Assembly: GCA_013265495.1 (NCBI GenBank)
Contig: MU058687.1
Span: 2,234,001 to 2,298,000 of the forward strand
Source of the DNA: Vicugna vicugna
Lineage: Eukaryota
Direction of reading: 5' to 3'
DNA: 64,000 nt
The position numbers and the translations under genes are program-made. The notes under the pieces were generated by a model, which ran no database searches, was not told the origin of the DNA, and worked only from the letters and a program-made list of their open reading frames with translations. This document shows positions 45,852 through 57,290 of this stretch, piece after piece; the stretch's first letter is position 1, and each line of letters begins with the position of its first letter.

Positions 45852-48149
45852 AATGACATAATAGAACGAGCAAGGAAGTTCTAGGTTTGAGTCCTATGGC
45901 TTGGCTCCTTGGTGCCATATCCATCGTTCACGTGACCTTAGACAAGCAGCTTAACCTCTCTGGGCTCAGCTGCCCTCCTGGCAAAGTGGGGATCGGCATA
46001 CTCACTCGTGGGACTGCTGAGGCCGTGGACTGAAATGTGCGTGCAGGGAGGTGTGTTTTCCTCCTTGCCTGCCTTTCCCGCCTTCCCATCCATCTAATGA
46101 GCAGCTTTATTCAGGGAGTGGGGCAGTTGATATGATATAATCAAAGGCTAAGGACAAAGCCTTCTGCCCTTCTGGGGTGAGTTTCCTGCTCAGCAGTGTT
46201 GAAAATCATCAGGGCAAGTGAATCTGGGGATGTTAAATGAGGTACAGAGCTGTGGGCTGGCAAACTCTGCCTTGGGCGAGGTCTGCTGGCTCAGAGGGGA
46301 TGGTAATAACACACGTAGGGGTGTGGGACTTGAGCTGAAGTGTTCGCTCTGTTCCAAGTGTGTCTAATCATTTATTCTCTCCGAACTTCAGTTTCCTCAT
46401 GAGGATGGGTATAACCACCCCTCCCCCTCAGGGCTGGAGAGGCGGCATGTGAAGTACCTGCCTCAGCTCAGCCCTGCACCCAGGTAGCTGCTTAGTGGGT
46501 TGATTGAGATTCACTGAATTTGCTCCACCCTACTCTGCTCCACGGGCACCAGCCTCCCTGATGTGGAATTCTCTCTCCTCCTCTCTTCTGTCAGGGATTG
46601 AGTCTCCTGCTCTGGGCTCCACCCTCTCGGGGCCCGAGACCTAATATTTCTCAGATGAGAGGTGCTCGCCCGGTGTAGACACCATCCCAGCATTTCGTCC
46701 ACTGCTTCTCAGGCTGGGGGCCCTGTGTCCTGCTGTCCCCTCCCCACACGCCACATTCTGACCTTTCAGAGATACCTCAAAATTCACATCCCTTCGGCCA
46801 GGCCTCCAATAACCAGTTCCTACGATCACTCCCTGTGGCCTCCTGTCCCCCAAGGCCCCCGGCTTTCCTGACACCTGGTTCCCAGGCATTTGACTTAGCT
46901 TAAAAGCTTTCAAAGCTTCTGGCCTCCCGAGTCTCAGGCCGAGTCCCAGGAAGGAACAGGCTCTGGGGTTCCTGGGGTAGATGGGGAACAAAGGCTCAGT
47001 GCTGGCTCTTCATGACGCATTTAACTGATCAAAGTAGCCTTTCTAGATAGAGATCTTAATCCCTGCTCAGGGGGGTGATAAGCTCACCCACGATCTCTCA
47101 GAGCCGGAATCTGAACCTAGTTCTGGTGGTCAAGTTGGTCTTCTTTAAACTATTCAGACGGGGAAGTAAGAAAATTCAAAAGTGAATGAGCCAGGGCACC
47201 ACAGGCTTGGGAATAATCTAAGGGTGTCCCTAGGTGAGGATTTTTGTGAGACGCTTTTGACAAACCCAGATGAGCCTCTCTCTAAACGAACAGCCCAAAA
47301 CCTGTCGGAGGATGGGGCAGGAGGTGGTGCTCTGGGAGGCAAGAGTTCACGTGTCCCTGAGAGTGTCTCAGGAGGCCGTGGGCCTGGCTGTCCCTGGGCG
47401 CAGGCTGATGGGGGCCCCAGGGTAGAGTTTCAGAATGCTGGGCTGGTGGGGCCATGGGAGGACAGGCAGAGGAGGTGGCCGTGGGGATGCACAGAAGAAC
47501 AGGGCTTGGCTTCACCTTAGAGACATCAGGATGTCTGTGGAGGGAGCAGCCAACACAGGGACCCCACCTGAGAAGATGAAGAGCTCATCGGGCGGCAGAG
47601 CGGGTGCTCACGGGAAGGAGCAGGCCTGCAGGCCCGGGGGCCCTCCCAGGTGTGTGCTGCCTTCTCCCCTCTGCCTCTCCAGACCACACACCTTTCAGAA
47701 GAGGTGGTGTCCTAGCAGGGGAGGAAGGACATCATGAACAAAGGTGGGAGGAAGGGGGAATCTTGGCCAGAGCCCTAAGCAGAACTCTGGGCAGAGCCGG
47801 CCGAGCTCTGGGCCTTTCCAAGACCAGGGAAACACTGCCGATCACAGTAAAGCCCTTCCTCCTCCTGACACAGAGCCCGTTACAAATACCTCCACCTGCA
47901 CTCTTCCCCTGTCGCCGGCCACCCTGACAAGCAGGTGATGGGATCATCCCCAACCACCCTGATGCGGCACCTAGGAGCATAGGCTGCAAGGCCGAAGGGT
48001 TCTGGTTTGAATTCGATTCACCCGAGCTTGGATTTTCTCCTCTGCAACATGGGAATAGTAACGTTCCTGCCGCGGAGTCATCGGACGGCTGTTACTTAGC
48101 CTATTTCCTGGCCCAGAGTAAGAACTCGGTAAATAGTAATTGCCTGGAT

Positions 48150-48710
48150 TCTTCGTTCATTCATCAAGAAAATACTTGTCAAGCACCTACTCCATGCCTG
48201 GCGTGGTGCCAGGTCCCGGAATCATGGCAGCGAACTTGACAGCCAAGTTCCTGCTCTTGTGGCTCTTCTGTTCTAGTGGAGAGACGGGCAGTGGCCGAGT
48301 AAACAAAGAGTGAGATCCCTGCAGAGTGGAATGAGTGGTGATGAAGGAAATAAAGACGGCCATGGCGAGACAGCGGCTGGGAACATAGAGGGATCTTCTA
48401 GACAGGGTGTTCCAGGGAGGTGGCTAAGAACTTTCTGACATCAGATCGGAAGCGTGAGAAAGATCCAGTTGTGCCAAGAGCAGTCCTAGTAGAGGGAACA
48501 GCACGTGCCAAGGCCTGGGGTCCTTAGAAGGTTAGAGGAACATAAATGGGTGGGGCTAGTGAGGGGAAGGGTGGGTCAAGAAGACGTTTGACAGACAGAT
48601 CCCCCAGTGCCTATAAGCCTGGGTGAGGAGCTGGTGGTTTACCCCAAGCACAGTGTGAACTCCTTGAGTGGCTGTAAGGAGAGGAGAGGTGTGTGATGCG
48701 GTGTTTGAGA
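48150..48710 (-). mobile_element. L2 3' region
   Basis: ttcattcatcaagaaaatacttgtcaagcacctactccatgcctgg ... agagggaacagcacgtgccaaggcctg. Confidence 0.75.
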
Positions 48711-48744
48711 GTAGGGGACGTGAAGCCAGGCTGTCTGGATTCCA

Positions 48745-49195
48745 GTCCTGTGTGTAACCAACCCCTCCCCAAACTTTGTGTTTAAAACAACAAAAATCAT
48801 TAGTTCTGCTCACAAATCTGAAACGTGGGCAAGGCTTGGGGAGAATGGTTTGTCACTGCTCCGCATAGCATCAAACTGGGGAGAAGCTGGATCAATGGCT
48901 CACCCCCATGTCTAGCAAGTGGTGCTGGCTGTTGGCCAGGCAGTCAGCCAGGGGCCGAGGGTCCTCCCCAGCTGGGCCTCTCCTGCTTGGGCTTCCTCAC
49001 AACGTGGTGCTTGGGTTCCAAGAGTAAATATTCCAAGCCGACTGGGTTCTTCTGATCTGGCCTTAGAAATTAGGCATCATCGTTCTGTCTCATTCTATTG
49101 ACTAAGCTAGTCACTGGGGCCAGCCCGAAGTCAAGGGGGTAGGAATCAGACTCCATTTCGTTATAGGAGGGTTAGTAAAGAATTTGTAACCATGT
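48745..49195 (-). mobile_element. MLT1H-like MaLR LTR
   Basis: tttaaaacaacaa, gcaagtggtgctggctgttggc, gcttgggcttcctcacaacgtggtg, cattctattg, ggccagcccgaagtcaagggg. Confidence 0.75.
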
Positions 49196-49311
49196 ACTAG
49201 GGAGTTTGGAGAGGTAGGTTAGGTCAGAGATAGATCAGACAAAGCCTTGCTACTCATGGCAAGGGGGTTTTATTTTATTCTAAGTGTAATGTGAACTCAG
49301 AATACATTTCA

Positions 49312-49460
49312 TAACTTCTCTGGGCTCAGTTTCCTTTTCTGTAAAATGGGATTAGTAATGGTAACTACCTCAGAGGTTGTTGTGAGGATAAAATCAATGT
49401 AATTCTTGCTTGTAAAGGACTGGAATGGTGTCTGGCACATATTATGTGCTCAAAACCTGC
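49312..49460 (+). mobile_element. MIR SINE
   Basis: ctctgggctcagtttccttttctgtaaaatgggatt...ctacctcagaggttgttgtgaggat. Confidence 0.85.
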
Positions 49461-49644
49461 TCTCTTACCATTAGATCTATTCTTTTAAACATGTGCTCTG
49501 GCCACCATGTAGGGAAGGCATTGCAGGACCAGTTGAGCAGGATCGGGGAGACCCAGTTAAGTGATGGAGCCAAGACTTGAATTTAGGCCTGTGGGGTGCC
49601 CTGCACACATTTGTCTGATTAAATGTTTACTGTGTGCAGGATAC

Positions 49645-50055
49645 TGTCTACATTCGTTCCCAGGGCTGCTGAAACAAAGTCCCACAAGCTGGGTGGCTTA
49701 AAACAATGGACATTTATTCTCTTACAATTCTGGAGGCTGGAAGCCCAAAATAAAGGTGCCTGGCAGAGCTATGAGAAGGCCTCTAGAAGGCTCTAAGGAA
49801 GGATCTGTTCCGTGCTTCTCTCCTTGCTTCTGATGGTTGCCAGAAACCCTCGGTGCTCCTCGGCTGGTAAATGTATCACTCCCATCCCTGCCTCTGTCTG
49901 CATGTGCCTCCCTCTTTATAAGGACATTAGGGCCCACCCTAATCCAGCATGACCTTGCCTTAACTTGGTGACATCTGCAGAGACTTTATTTCTAAATCAG
50001 GTCACATTCGCAGGTGGACGTGAATTTTGGCAGCACAGGATTCAATCCAGTACAT
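49645..50055 (-). mobile_element. MLT1C-like MaLR LTR
   Basis: agggctgctgaaacaaagtcccacaagctgggtggcttaaaacaa...tctggaggctggaag...tttctaaatcaggtcacattc. Confidence 0.85.
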
Positions 50056-51099
50056 CATCAGGGCTGTTATCAGGGCTAAAAATGATGGAAGAGAGGCAGG
50101 TCCTGCCCTACAGGTGAAGGAAAACCGCTCTGTGGATTATTGTAAGGCCCAGGAGGGAAGTGCTGTGTGCCCAGGGGGAGAGTTAACCCCTCACCCGCTG
50201 AGCTCCTAGGACCCAGGCTTCTCTGAGTACCTCACAGGCCAGACCCTGAAATGAGTCCGCCGGCCAGGGCAGCACACTGGGCTTCCTGGGTTCTAAACCA
50301 GGAGGCAGCAGGGATGGGAGCTTCCTATCTGCCAAGGGACTCCTCCAGGGCTGGGTCTCACAAGGCCAGGGGCTGGGCACTTGGTGAGCTGGCTGGGAAC
50401 ACAGGCCACCAGGCCACCCCTTCCTGTGTCCCAGCTCCGTGGTCCACAGGGCCAGACCTGGAGGGCATCTGTCCCAGCTGCTCCTGCCAGGCCGCCCCCA
50501 CCCCCAGGCCGAGCCAGGCCCTGCACGATCTGAGGAGTGTGCCCGGCGTCAACCAGGATTCCGTAATTGGACTGTTGTTCTTTCATTTTGCCACGTCGTA
50601 GCGTGCGGATTATAGACACCACATGCTATAGATTTCCTGTCAGACCTCATGAATCAAGCCCCACTGTCTTATTTACTGTTGGCCAGCGGCTGTGAATAAC
50701 ATCGTCCCCAACACACACGCTCACAGGCACGTGCTTGTGCAAACACTGCCCGCCTGTGCGGGGGGGCCCCCGACGCCGGGGCTGGGGGCCGAGCAGGGAG
50801 GGAGCCTTCCCCTCCCGCCTCCTCCCCTGCCCTGGCCTCTTCAGAACAAGCAAGAGGTCTGCTCATCTGGGCATCAGCCTCGCTCTGTACGGAGATTCTT
50901 CATTCTGACTTTATTTTTTCTCGTCCAACTGGGGTTACTCTCTGTGGATTTAAGGAGGAGTCTGGCCTCTGGACTAGCCTGCTGTCAGTCAATGCCTGTG
51001 CATGCAGGCGGTGAGAGAGATTAATATTCTGCATGGGCCCTGGGGCCGAAGAGATGTGGCCCCAACCCCGGCGAGGTCTCCTACTACCTGTGCAACCCT

Positions 51100-51173
51100 G
51101 GGCTGGTTACATGTTCTCCAAGTCCTACTTTCATCATCTGTAAAATGCAGTGATAGTAGCATTCATTCATGAA

Positions 51174-51208
<35 letters not shown>

Positions 51209-51515
51209 CAGAGAAAGAGAGAGCGGGGGACGGGGCAGGGAGAGGGATAATTAAATGAGATTCATGTGAAGCCCTTAGCACAGTGTGGCAGGCCAGATAC
51301 TATTAGCTGTTATTACGGATGTTTTATGCCGCTGCGGGCAGATCATAGACACTGAGCTAGCTCACTAATCTTCCCAGCGACTCTTCTAGGTGGGTATGGC
51401 TCCATCTTGCATATAAAGAACTCGAGGCTCAGAAAGGTTAAGTCATTTGTCTAAAGTTACACAGCTATTAAGTGACAGAGTCAGGACTCAAAGCCAGCTC
51501 TGTATGGCCCTAAGG
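51100..51515. mobile_element. Two opposed MIR fragments, the first containing a (TG)n(AG)n microsatellite at about 51174-51222
   Basis: tttcatcatctgtaaaatg...attaaatgagattcatgtgaagcccttagcacagtg, then gaggctcagaaaggttaagtcatttgtctaaagttacacagct. Confidence 0.75.
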
Positions 51516-54500
51516 TCCAGGGTATCTTTGTTAGGCCCACTTTGAGGTCAAGGACGCCAAGCAAACAGTTCAGAAGGACCCTCTTTGCCCCACTGAGCCG
51601 CCACCCCGTCTAACTACCAAAGCAGCGGCCCCTCCCTTCCACTCTCCCGCCCGTGTAGGGGCTGTTCAGATGGACGTTCCTCCTCCTGTGGAGCTTAAAC
51701 CCTGGTCCTGTTGCTCAAAGATACTGGGGAGTCAAGGGTAGAGCTGATTCGATTTTTGCCTTTTTGTATAGAGTATCTTTATCACTTATGGCATGCACAT
51801 CTGACTATGAGCTTCTGAGGGTATGTACCATGTGTGTCTAGCTCACTCTTCTCCCTACGTCCGATAACTGGGCTGGAAGTATCTGAATGGTTGGATGCAT
51901 GGATGGATGGATATGTCCCCACCAGCTTCATAAGAAAAGTGAGTGCATTTTAAACTAAATATGTGCCACATTTCCCATTCGATCTGTCTTGTCCAGTGTC
52001 CTTAATAACAGCCACTTCAAGGTGGCACAGACCTGGGAAAATCATCATTAAAATGCAAATTCCTCCGCTTCAATTTAAACAGAGATGCTGGCTCCCAGCA
52101 AAGGAAACATCAATACATTTTCCCCACTAAGCACAGGGCTGGACGCAGCCCAGGGGTGGGATCTAGCTTGCTGGCTCCCAGAGGTTTGCAAGGGGCTGGA
52201 CTTCCAAGACCACAGGACTTCTCCCACCAGAATGGTGTCCCATCACAGCCCCAGCAGGCCGATTTCTTACTCTCTCTCCTTGTGTCTTCAAAACACAAGT
52301 CAGAAAAGGGGACTTGGGCTTCCATTTGTTGTGGGCTGTTCCCCAGTCACCTGTGCTAGAGCTCAGAGTCATGTTTAGTTAATTTCATTCTTAAAGGCAG
52401 TGTGGTTCCCGAGAAAGCAGGTCACTTGGTCTCCCCGAGCCTTGATTCCCTGATCTGTAGAATGGGACTGAGAATCCGTCTCACAGGGAGGTTAGGAGTT
52501 TGGGGTCCTTGATACTTCCCCCAAGTCAAGGATAAAGGATCATATTCTGTTTCCCCTGTGTCTTCACAGGCACATAGAGCATATTAAGTAAATACGGGTG
52601 ACTGAGTGCCAAGCTGCTGGTTGCCACCTGGACCTTCAGGAATTCTAAGAATAGATGCCTTTGCTGGGGCCTGATGTGACCCCATTGATGCGTGTATTGG
52701 ACCCATTTGTCTGGGAAGGTAGATACATTTCTTCCTTCCCCCAAGAAGAGAAACTTTCATAGAGTAATAAGGACCCCTGGGCAGATAACGTTTGAGAGAG
52801 ACGCACCCGACTCTCAAGGCCTGCTCCGTGAGTCATCTCCAAGTAGGCCCCCCTCCCCGCACCCCCAGAAAAGCTTTCACTGGCTCGTTCTGTGCCCAGA
52901 GGAAATGCTTCATCCTCAAATGTAATTGTGTCTGAGGAGGTGTCCTCTGTGACCAGGCGGGTCACGGAGCCCACGAGTGAGTCAGCGCATCCGGGTGGAA
53001 TTAATTACAGCGGGGAAGGCTGGCGGGGGCAGCCGGAGTCCAGAGCGGCTGGGCTGCTGCGGCGGGAGGTGACTCCCATCAGGCACGGAGCTTCCGGCTG
53101 TGTCTGCTGGGCTCCAAAGGGTGCCGGCGGCTGTGGTCGCCCAAGGGGGTGATCAGGGTCTGGATGGGAAGATGAATCCAGCAGGGAGGTGGAGTGTAGC
53201 TCTCCAAACTAGCTCAACACTTTGGCTTAATACTGGCTGTTTCTACTTTCCTTTGGATTCTGTCCATAGTATTCACCAATAATCAACCACTGCCTCTGAG
53301 TTCTCTGTGGCCAGTGAGATGGGCTGGTCTGGTAGGGAGGGATAATTCTCTTGATTGCTATGCACCCAGGGAGGTGTGGTCTCACAACAGATACCCAAGA
53401 TGTCCAGGGCCTAGAGTGGAACCCCGCACATTCAGGCACTTAATTGACAGCTTTGAATGAATGAATGTGGTTTAGACTCTCCGATTGGGGTTTACCTTGG
53501 CTGCCAAGAGCTGTTTGGGTAGCAAGAAAAGAATGAAAGAAATGAGTTAAGAGGGAAAGAGATGTGTCCATTAGAATGTAAAGTCCCCAAAGGAGGCCAT
53601 TTTGTCTGTTTTCTCACTGCTGGGCACCCTGCGCCTAGAACGATACCTGGTTCAGAGTAGTGCTCGTTAAAGTTTTGTTAAGTTATGAGTTAATAGAGAA
53701 GGAAGGAAGGAGGGAGGGAAGGCAGGAAAGGAGGGAGGGAGGGGCCCATGCAACTGGGTGGGTCTGATGAGAAACAGGCAAGCTTGGTGAGAACAGTACC
53801 ATTCTGTCTCTACACCATCCTTCCCTTCTCATCCCATTCCTCTGGCACCTGTTCATGGGGAAGACAAGTGTTCTCTTAACAAACGATGTGGAGGTTTCCC
53901 TTCCTTCTCCTTACCCTTGCTGCCACCCACCAACCTGCTCTGATTTCTGAAATATCCATTCCAGGGGAGGTTCCAGCCAAGAGCTGTTCCCAGTCCCAGG
54001 CAGGACATCTAAATGGAATCTCTGCTCCTTTCCCTCCCACGTTAGCTAGGTGGGACAATCCAGAAGGAACATCTACTTCTCTTAAAGCATGTCTTCCCTC
54101 TGTGGGCAGGGCAGTTCACATACCCAGCTTCCTTGGATTCAGGAAGGCACTGTGCTAGACCAGCCCCACCCTCACAAAGTTAGCTGTCTTCCTAGAGAGA
54201 CGGAGCAGCTGTGTCTGAAAGAGGTGGAAGAGATTCCGTGAGCTCAGGGGGCTGTAGGAAGGCTTCCTGGGAGATCAGAGTGGGCCATGCAACGGCCCCA
54301 GCCTCCCAGGAGAGTGGGAGCCACTAGGTCCATATATCCACAACTTCGCAGTAAAGGACTGGGTCCCTCCACAGTTTTCAGATCTGGTGCTTTGTGCATT
54401 TCCAAACCAGAATATTCTAAGCCAAACAAGTCAATATTCTGCCTTCCAGAACTGGGAGCTCTCAGGCGAACCAGGCTCAGTGACAGCTGTATGAAGGCAC

Positions 54501-55009
54501 TTCGTGGGGTGACTGTGGAGTGAGAGGGACTGGGCCATGTGTGACTCCCCACAAGGCTCATGCCCTCTGTCTGCCACTGTCATGGGCCACCTGGGCACAG
54601 CTGGGTGGACTAGCCTGACACTGCCTCCTCCAGTTTGACTCCCCTCTCCAGGAACCAGCGAGCAGTACACCAGGAACGCGGGGCTTTGGCGATGTTGAGC
54701 GAGGCTGGCAGAGCTGGGGCTGGCAGATGAGGTGCGGGGGCCTGGGCACACCTGCCTGCCGTCTGCCTTGCCTCTGCCAACTGGAGACACCTTTGTCATC
54801 CTGCTGGGAGCCATGGGCTAGCTGAGACAGGTAGAGGACAGTAATGCTGAGACCACAGGCTTGGAACTGATGCCACTGTGGCCAGTGAGCTCTGTTCTGG
54901 GGCATGGCCAAAGTAATACCTGACCCTGGCCGTTGTGGGGGCGGGGCGAGGAAAACAGCGGGTGGTTAAGCCAGGTTTATCCCCATTAATGGAAAAAAAG
55001 TTAATGCCA

Positions 55010-55463
55010 TTATAGTATTTTCCTCAGGCAGCCAGAACAAAGTACCACACACTGGGGGGTTTAAGATGGCAGGAATTTATTGTCCTACAGTTGTGGAGTC
55101 TAGAAGTCTGAAATTAAGGTCTTAGCAGGATCATGCTCTCTCTGAAACTTAGAGGGGAGACTCTACCTTGCCTCTTCCTAGCTTCTGCTGGTGGCCTGCA
55201 ATCCCCTGAGTCCCTTGGCATACTGCAGCTGCACTTCGGTCTGCCTCCACCATTATGAGGCGTTGCCCCCTGAATGTGTGTGAATGTGTGTCTCACTGTC
55301 TCTTCTCTTTTTATAAGGGTGAGGGCCCATTCTACTCCCGTATGACCTCATCTTAACTTGATTGCATCTGCAACGACCATATTTCCAAATGAGGTCACAT
55401 TCACGATCCTGGGGGTTAGACTTTCCCATATCATTTTGGGGGACACAGTTCTACCTGTAATAA
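55010..55463 (-). mobile_element. MLT1C-like MaLR LTR
   Basis: aacaaagtaccacacactgggggg, ctagaagtctgaaattaagg, tatgacctcatcttaacttgatt, tttccaaatgaggtcacattc, ttttggggggacacagttc. Confidence 0.85.
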
Positions 55464-55629
55464 CCTTTGATACTTTTCCTTCCAGGTGAAGGTCAGGAAT
55501 ACTATCTCATATATGGCACTGTATGCAAAAAGCTTTGATTTCCTTTCTGTTGCATCCACATGGCCTCTTCTCATAGGGCGTCTATAAACAAGAACTGAAT
55601 TAATGTCGCCAGGGACTCCGTTAGCTGAT

Positions 55630-55945
55630 GAAGAATGTAAGCTCCAAGAAAGCAGTTTTTATCTGTCCTGTTAACTATTGAGTCTCCAGCACCTAAGCAG
55701 TGCTTGGCACAGAGTAGGTGCTCGATAAAAGTTTGCTGAATGAATGAATGAATGTGGTGGGGGTGCCAGGGGTGTCAGGTTTTAACTGTGTGACCCCAGG
55801 AAGGTCACCTTCCCCCCGACTCACATGTAGAATGGAAATAAGAATGAGTACACACAATTCACACATTATTGGGACTATTGCATGGAACCCATGTAAATGC
55901 ATTCACTCAGTTCCTGGCACATAGTGAGTGTTCAATAAATATTCA
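55630..55945 (+). mobile_element. L2 3' end with (TGAA)n tail followed by a MIR fragment
   Basis: tctccagcacctaagcagtgcttggcacagagtaggtgctcgataaa...tgaatgaatgaatg; ctgtgtgaccccagg...cctggcacatagtgagtgttcaataaat. Confidence 0.75.
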
Positions 55946-56439
55946 TTAAATCGGAATCCATGGTGCAGTCTTTTGAGTTTTATAGCTGGAGTGATGCCAA
56001 CCCGCTAAGTAGAAATGTAGCTGCCCACTTCTTTTCTGCCGGGAAGAGTTGAGCTGCTTTAACCAGCGACCTGCTGGTGAGGAAGTGATTGGCCCTCAGG
56101 TGGAAGGAGGAGAATGGGTTACTAGAGAGAGCACGATAGAGTGGCCCATAAGGGCACAGGGTCTGTCTGCGGCAGTCCCTGGGGGTTCAGATCCCAGCTT
56201 TGGCCCTTGCCAGCTGTGCTGAGGCTCAGTTTCTCCGACACTAAAGTGGGGCAGTAATGGCATCTATCTCCTGGGGTTCTAGTGAGTATTCAATTGCAAT
56301 GTCTGGCACAGAGTGAGAAATATGGACATTTAGTATGAGTATCACTTTTCCGAGTCCTCTTCCCTGATTGCTCGGGGCTAGATCACTGGAAAACCTAACC
56401 CTCAAGTTCCGGGCTGACTTGTGGGCAGGCGGACTCTGT

Positions 56440-56720
56440 CTGCTTTTCCCCGGCTCCCAGCGCGCGCGCGGCGGGCACCAGCCCACTCGCACCCGCGCCC
56501 GCGCCCTCCCGCGCCCGCAGCTCCGCGCTCTCTGAGATCCAGCGCGCCCTCTGGTGGCGCTCGGCCTGGGACCGGCCGGCCGCGCCGAGAGTCATCAGTG
56601 GGCAAGTCTCGCAGCTCTGACGCTTCCGGTCCTGAGGTGCCCTTGACCATGGCTTTCCTTCCTGCGAGGGGTCTGTAGGAAAAGCCGTGTCTCTCTGCGG
56701 CCTTTCTCAAGCGCGTGCAG
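56440..56720. promoter_or_regulatory. Small CpG island
   Basis: Dense CpG (cgcgcgcgcggcggg, cccgcgcccgcgcc, ccggccggccgcgccg), unlike its flanks. ETS CTTCCGG at 56623-56629 next to TGACG. Confidence 0.75.
56542..56560 (-). promoter_or_regulatory. CTCF binding motif
   Basis: Minus strand GCGCCACCAGAGGGCGCGC matches the CTCF core CCACCAGRGGGCGC. Confidence 0.75.
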
Positions 56721-57089
56721 CTGTCCCAGGGAGCCTAGGAGTGGAACGGGCCTAGAGAGCACGGGAGAGAGCGGGCAGAGGGTACCCCCTCATCCAGGCG
56801 GTGCCAGGACTGCCCTCTGGGTTCCGGCCGAAAGGAGGGAGCAGAGCTGAGCAGGCTCTTTTACAGCCCCTATCCCCCTGCTTTTTTTCATAGTATGATG
56901 TTGAAACCGACTGGACAGCCGAAAGGGCCTGATATCTGCAAATTTGCCAATTTCAGGGTTCACCCCACATATCTTGGGCTCATCAGCCATCTCCAGCCCC
57001 TAAGACTAGGGGATTAGAGTTCTCATCTACTGTTACGTGGACTCACTTTGGCATTGCGGCCTCAGGATTTCATCATCATCTCTAACGTT

Positions 57090-57290
57090 ATTTGGCACTA
57101 AGCCCGTGCCAGGTGGAGTTCTAAGTGCTTTATGTTCGTAATTCCTTTTATCCTGAAAAAATTAGACCTCGAGGGACAGTAGCACCTAGGAAGAAACTGA
57201 GGCTCAGAAATGTTGGTGATCTGTGGAAGACCACACAGAATGAGGATTTGGATCCTGGCAGTCTGGCTCCAAGCTGATGTCACCAGCACA
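57090..57290 (-). mobile_element. MIR SINE
   Basis: gtgccagg...ttctaagtgcttta...gaagaaactgaggctcagaaatgtt. Confidence 0.7.

Noticed and set aside
53695..53745. (GGAA/GGGA)n purine tract, and a similar pyrimidine tract near 7570-7620
   Set aside because: Ordinary low-complexity sequence at L2 tails.
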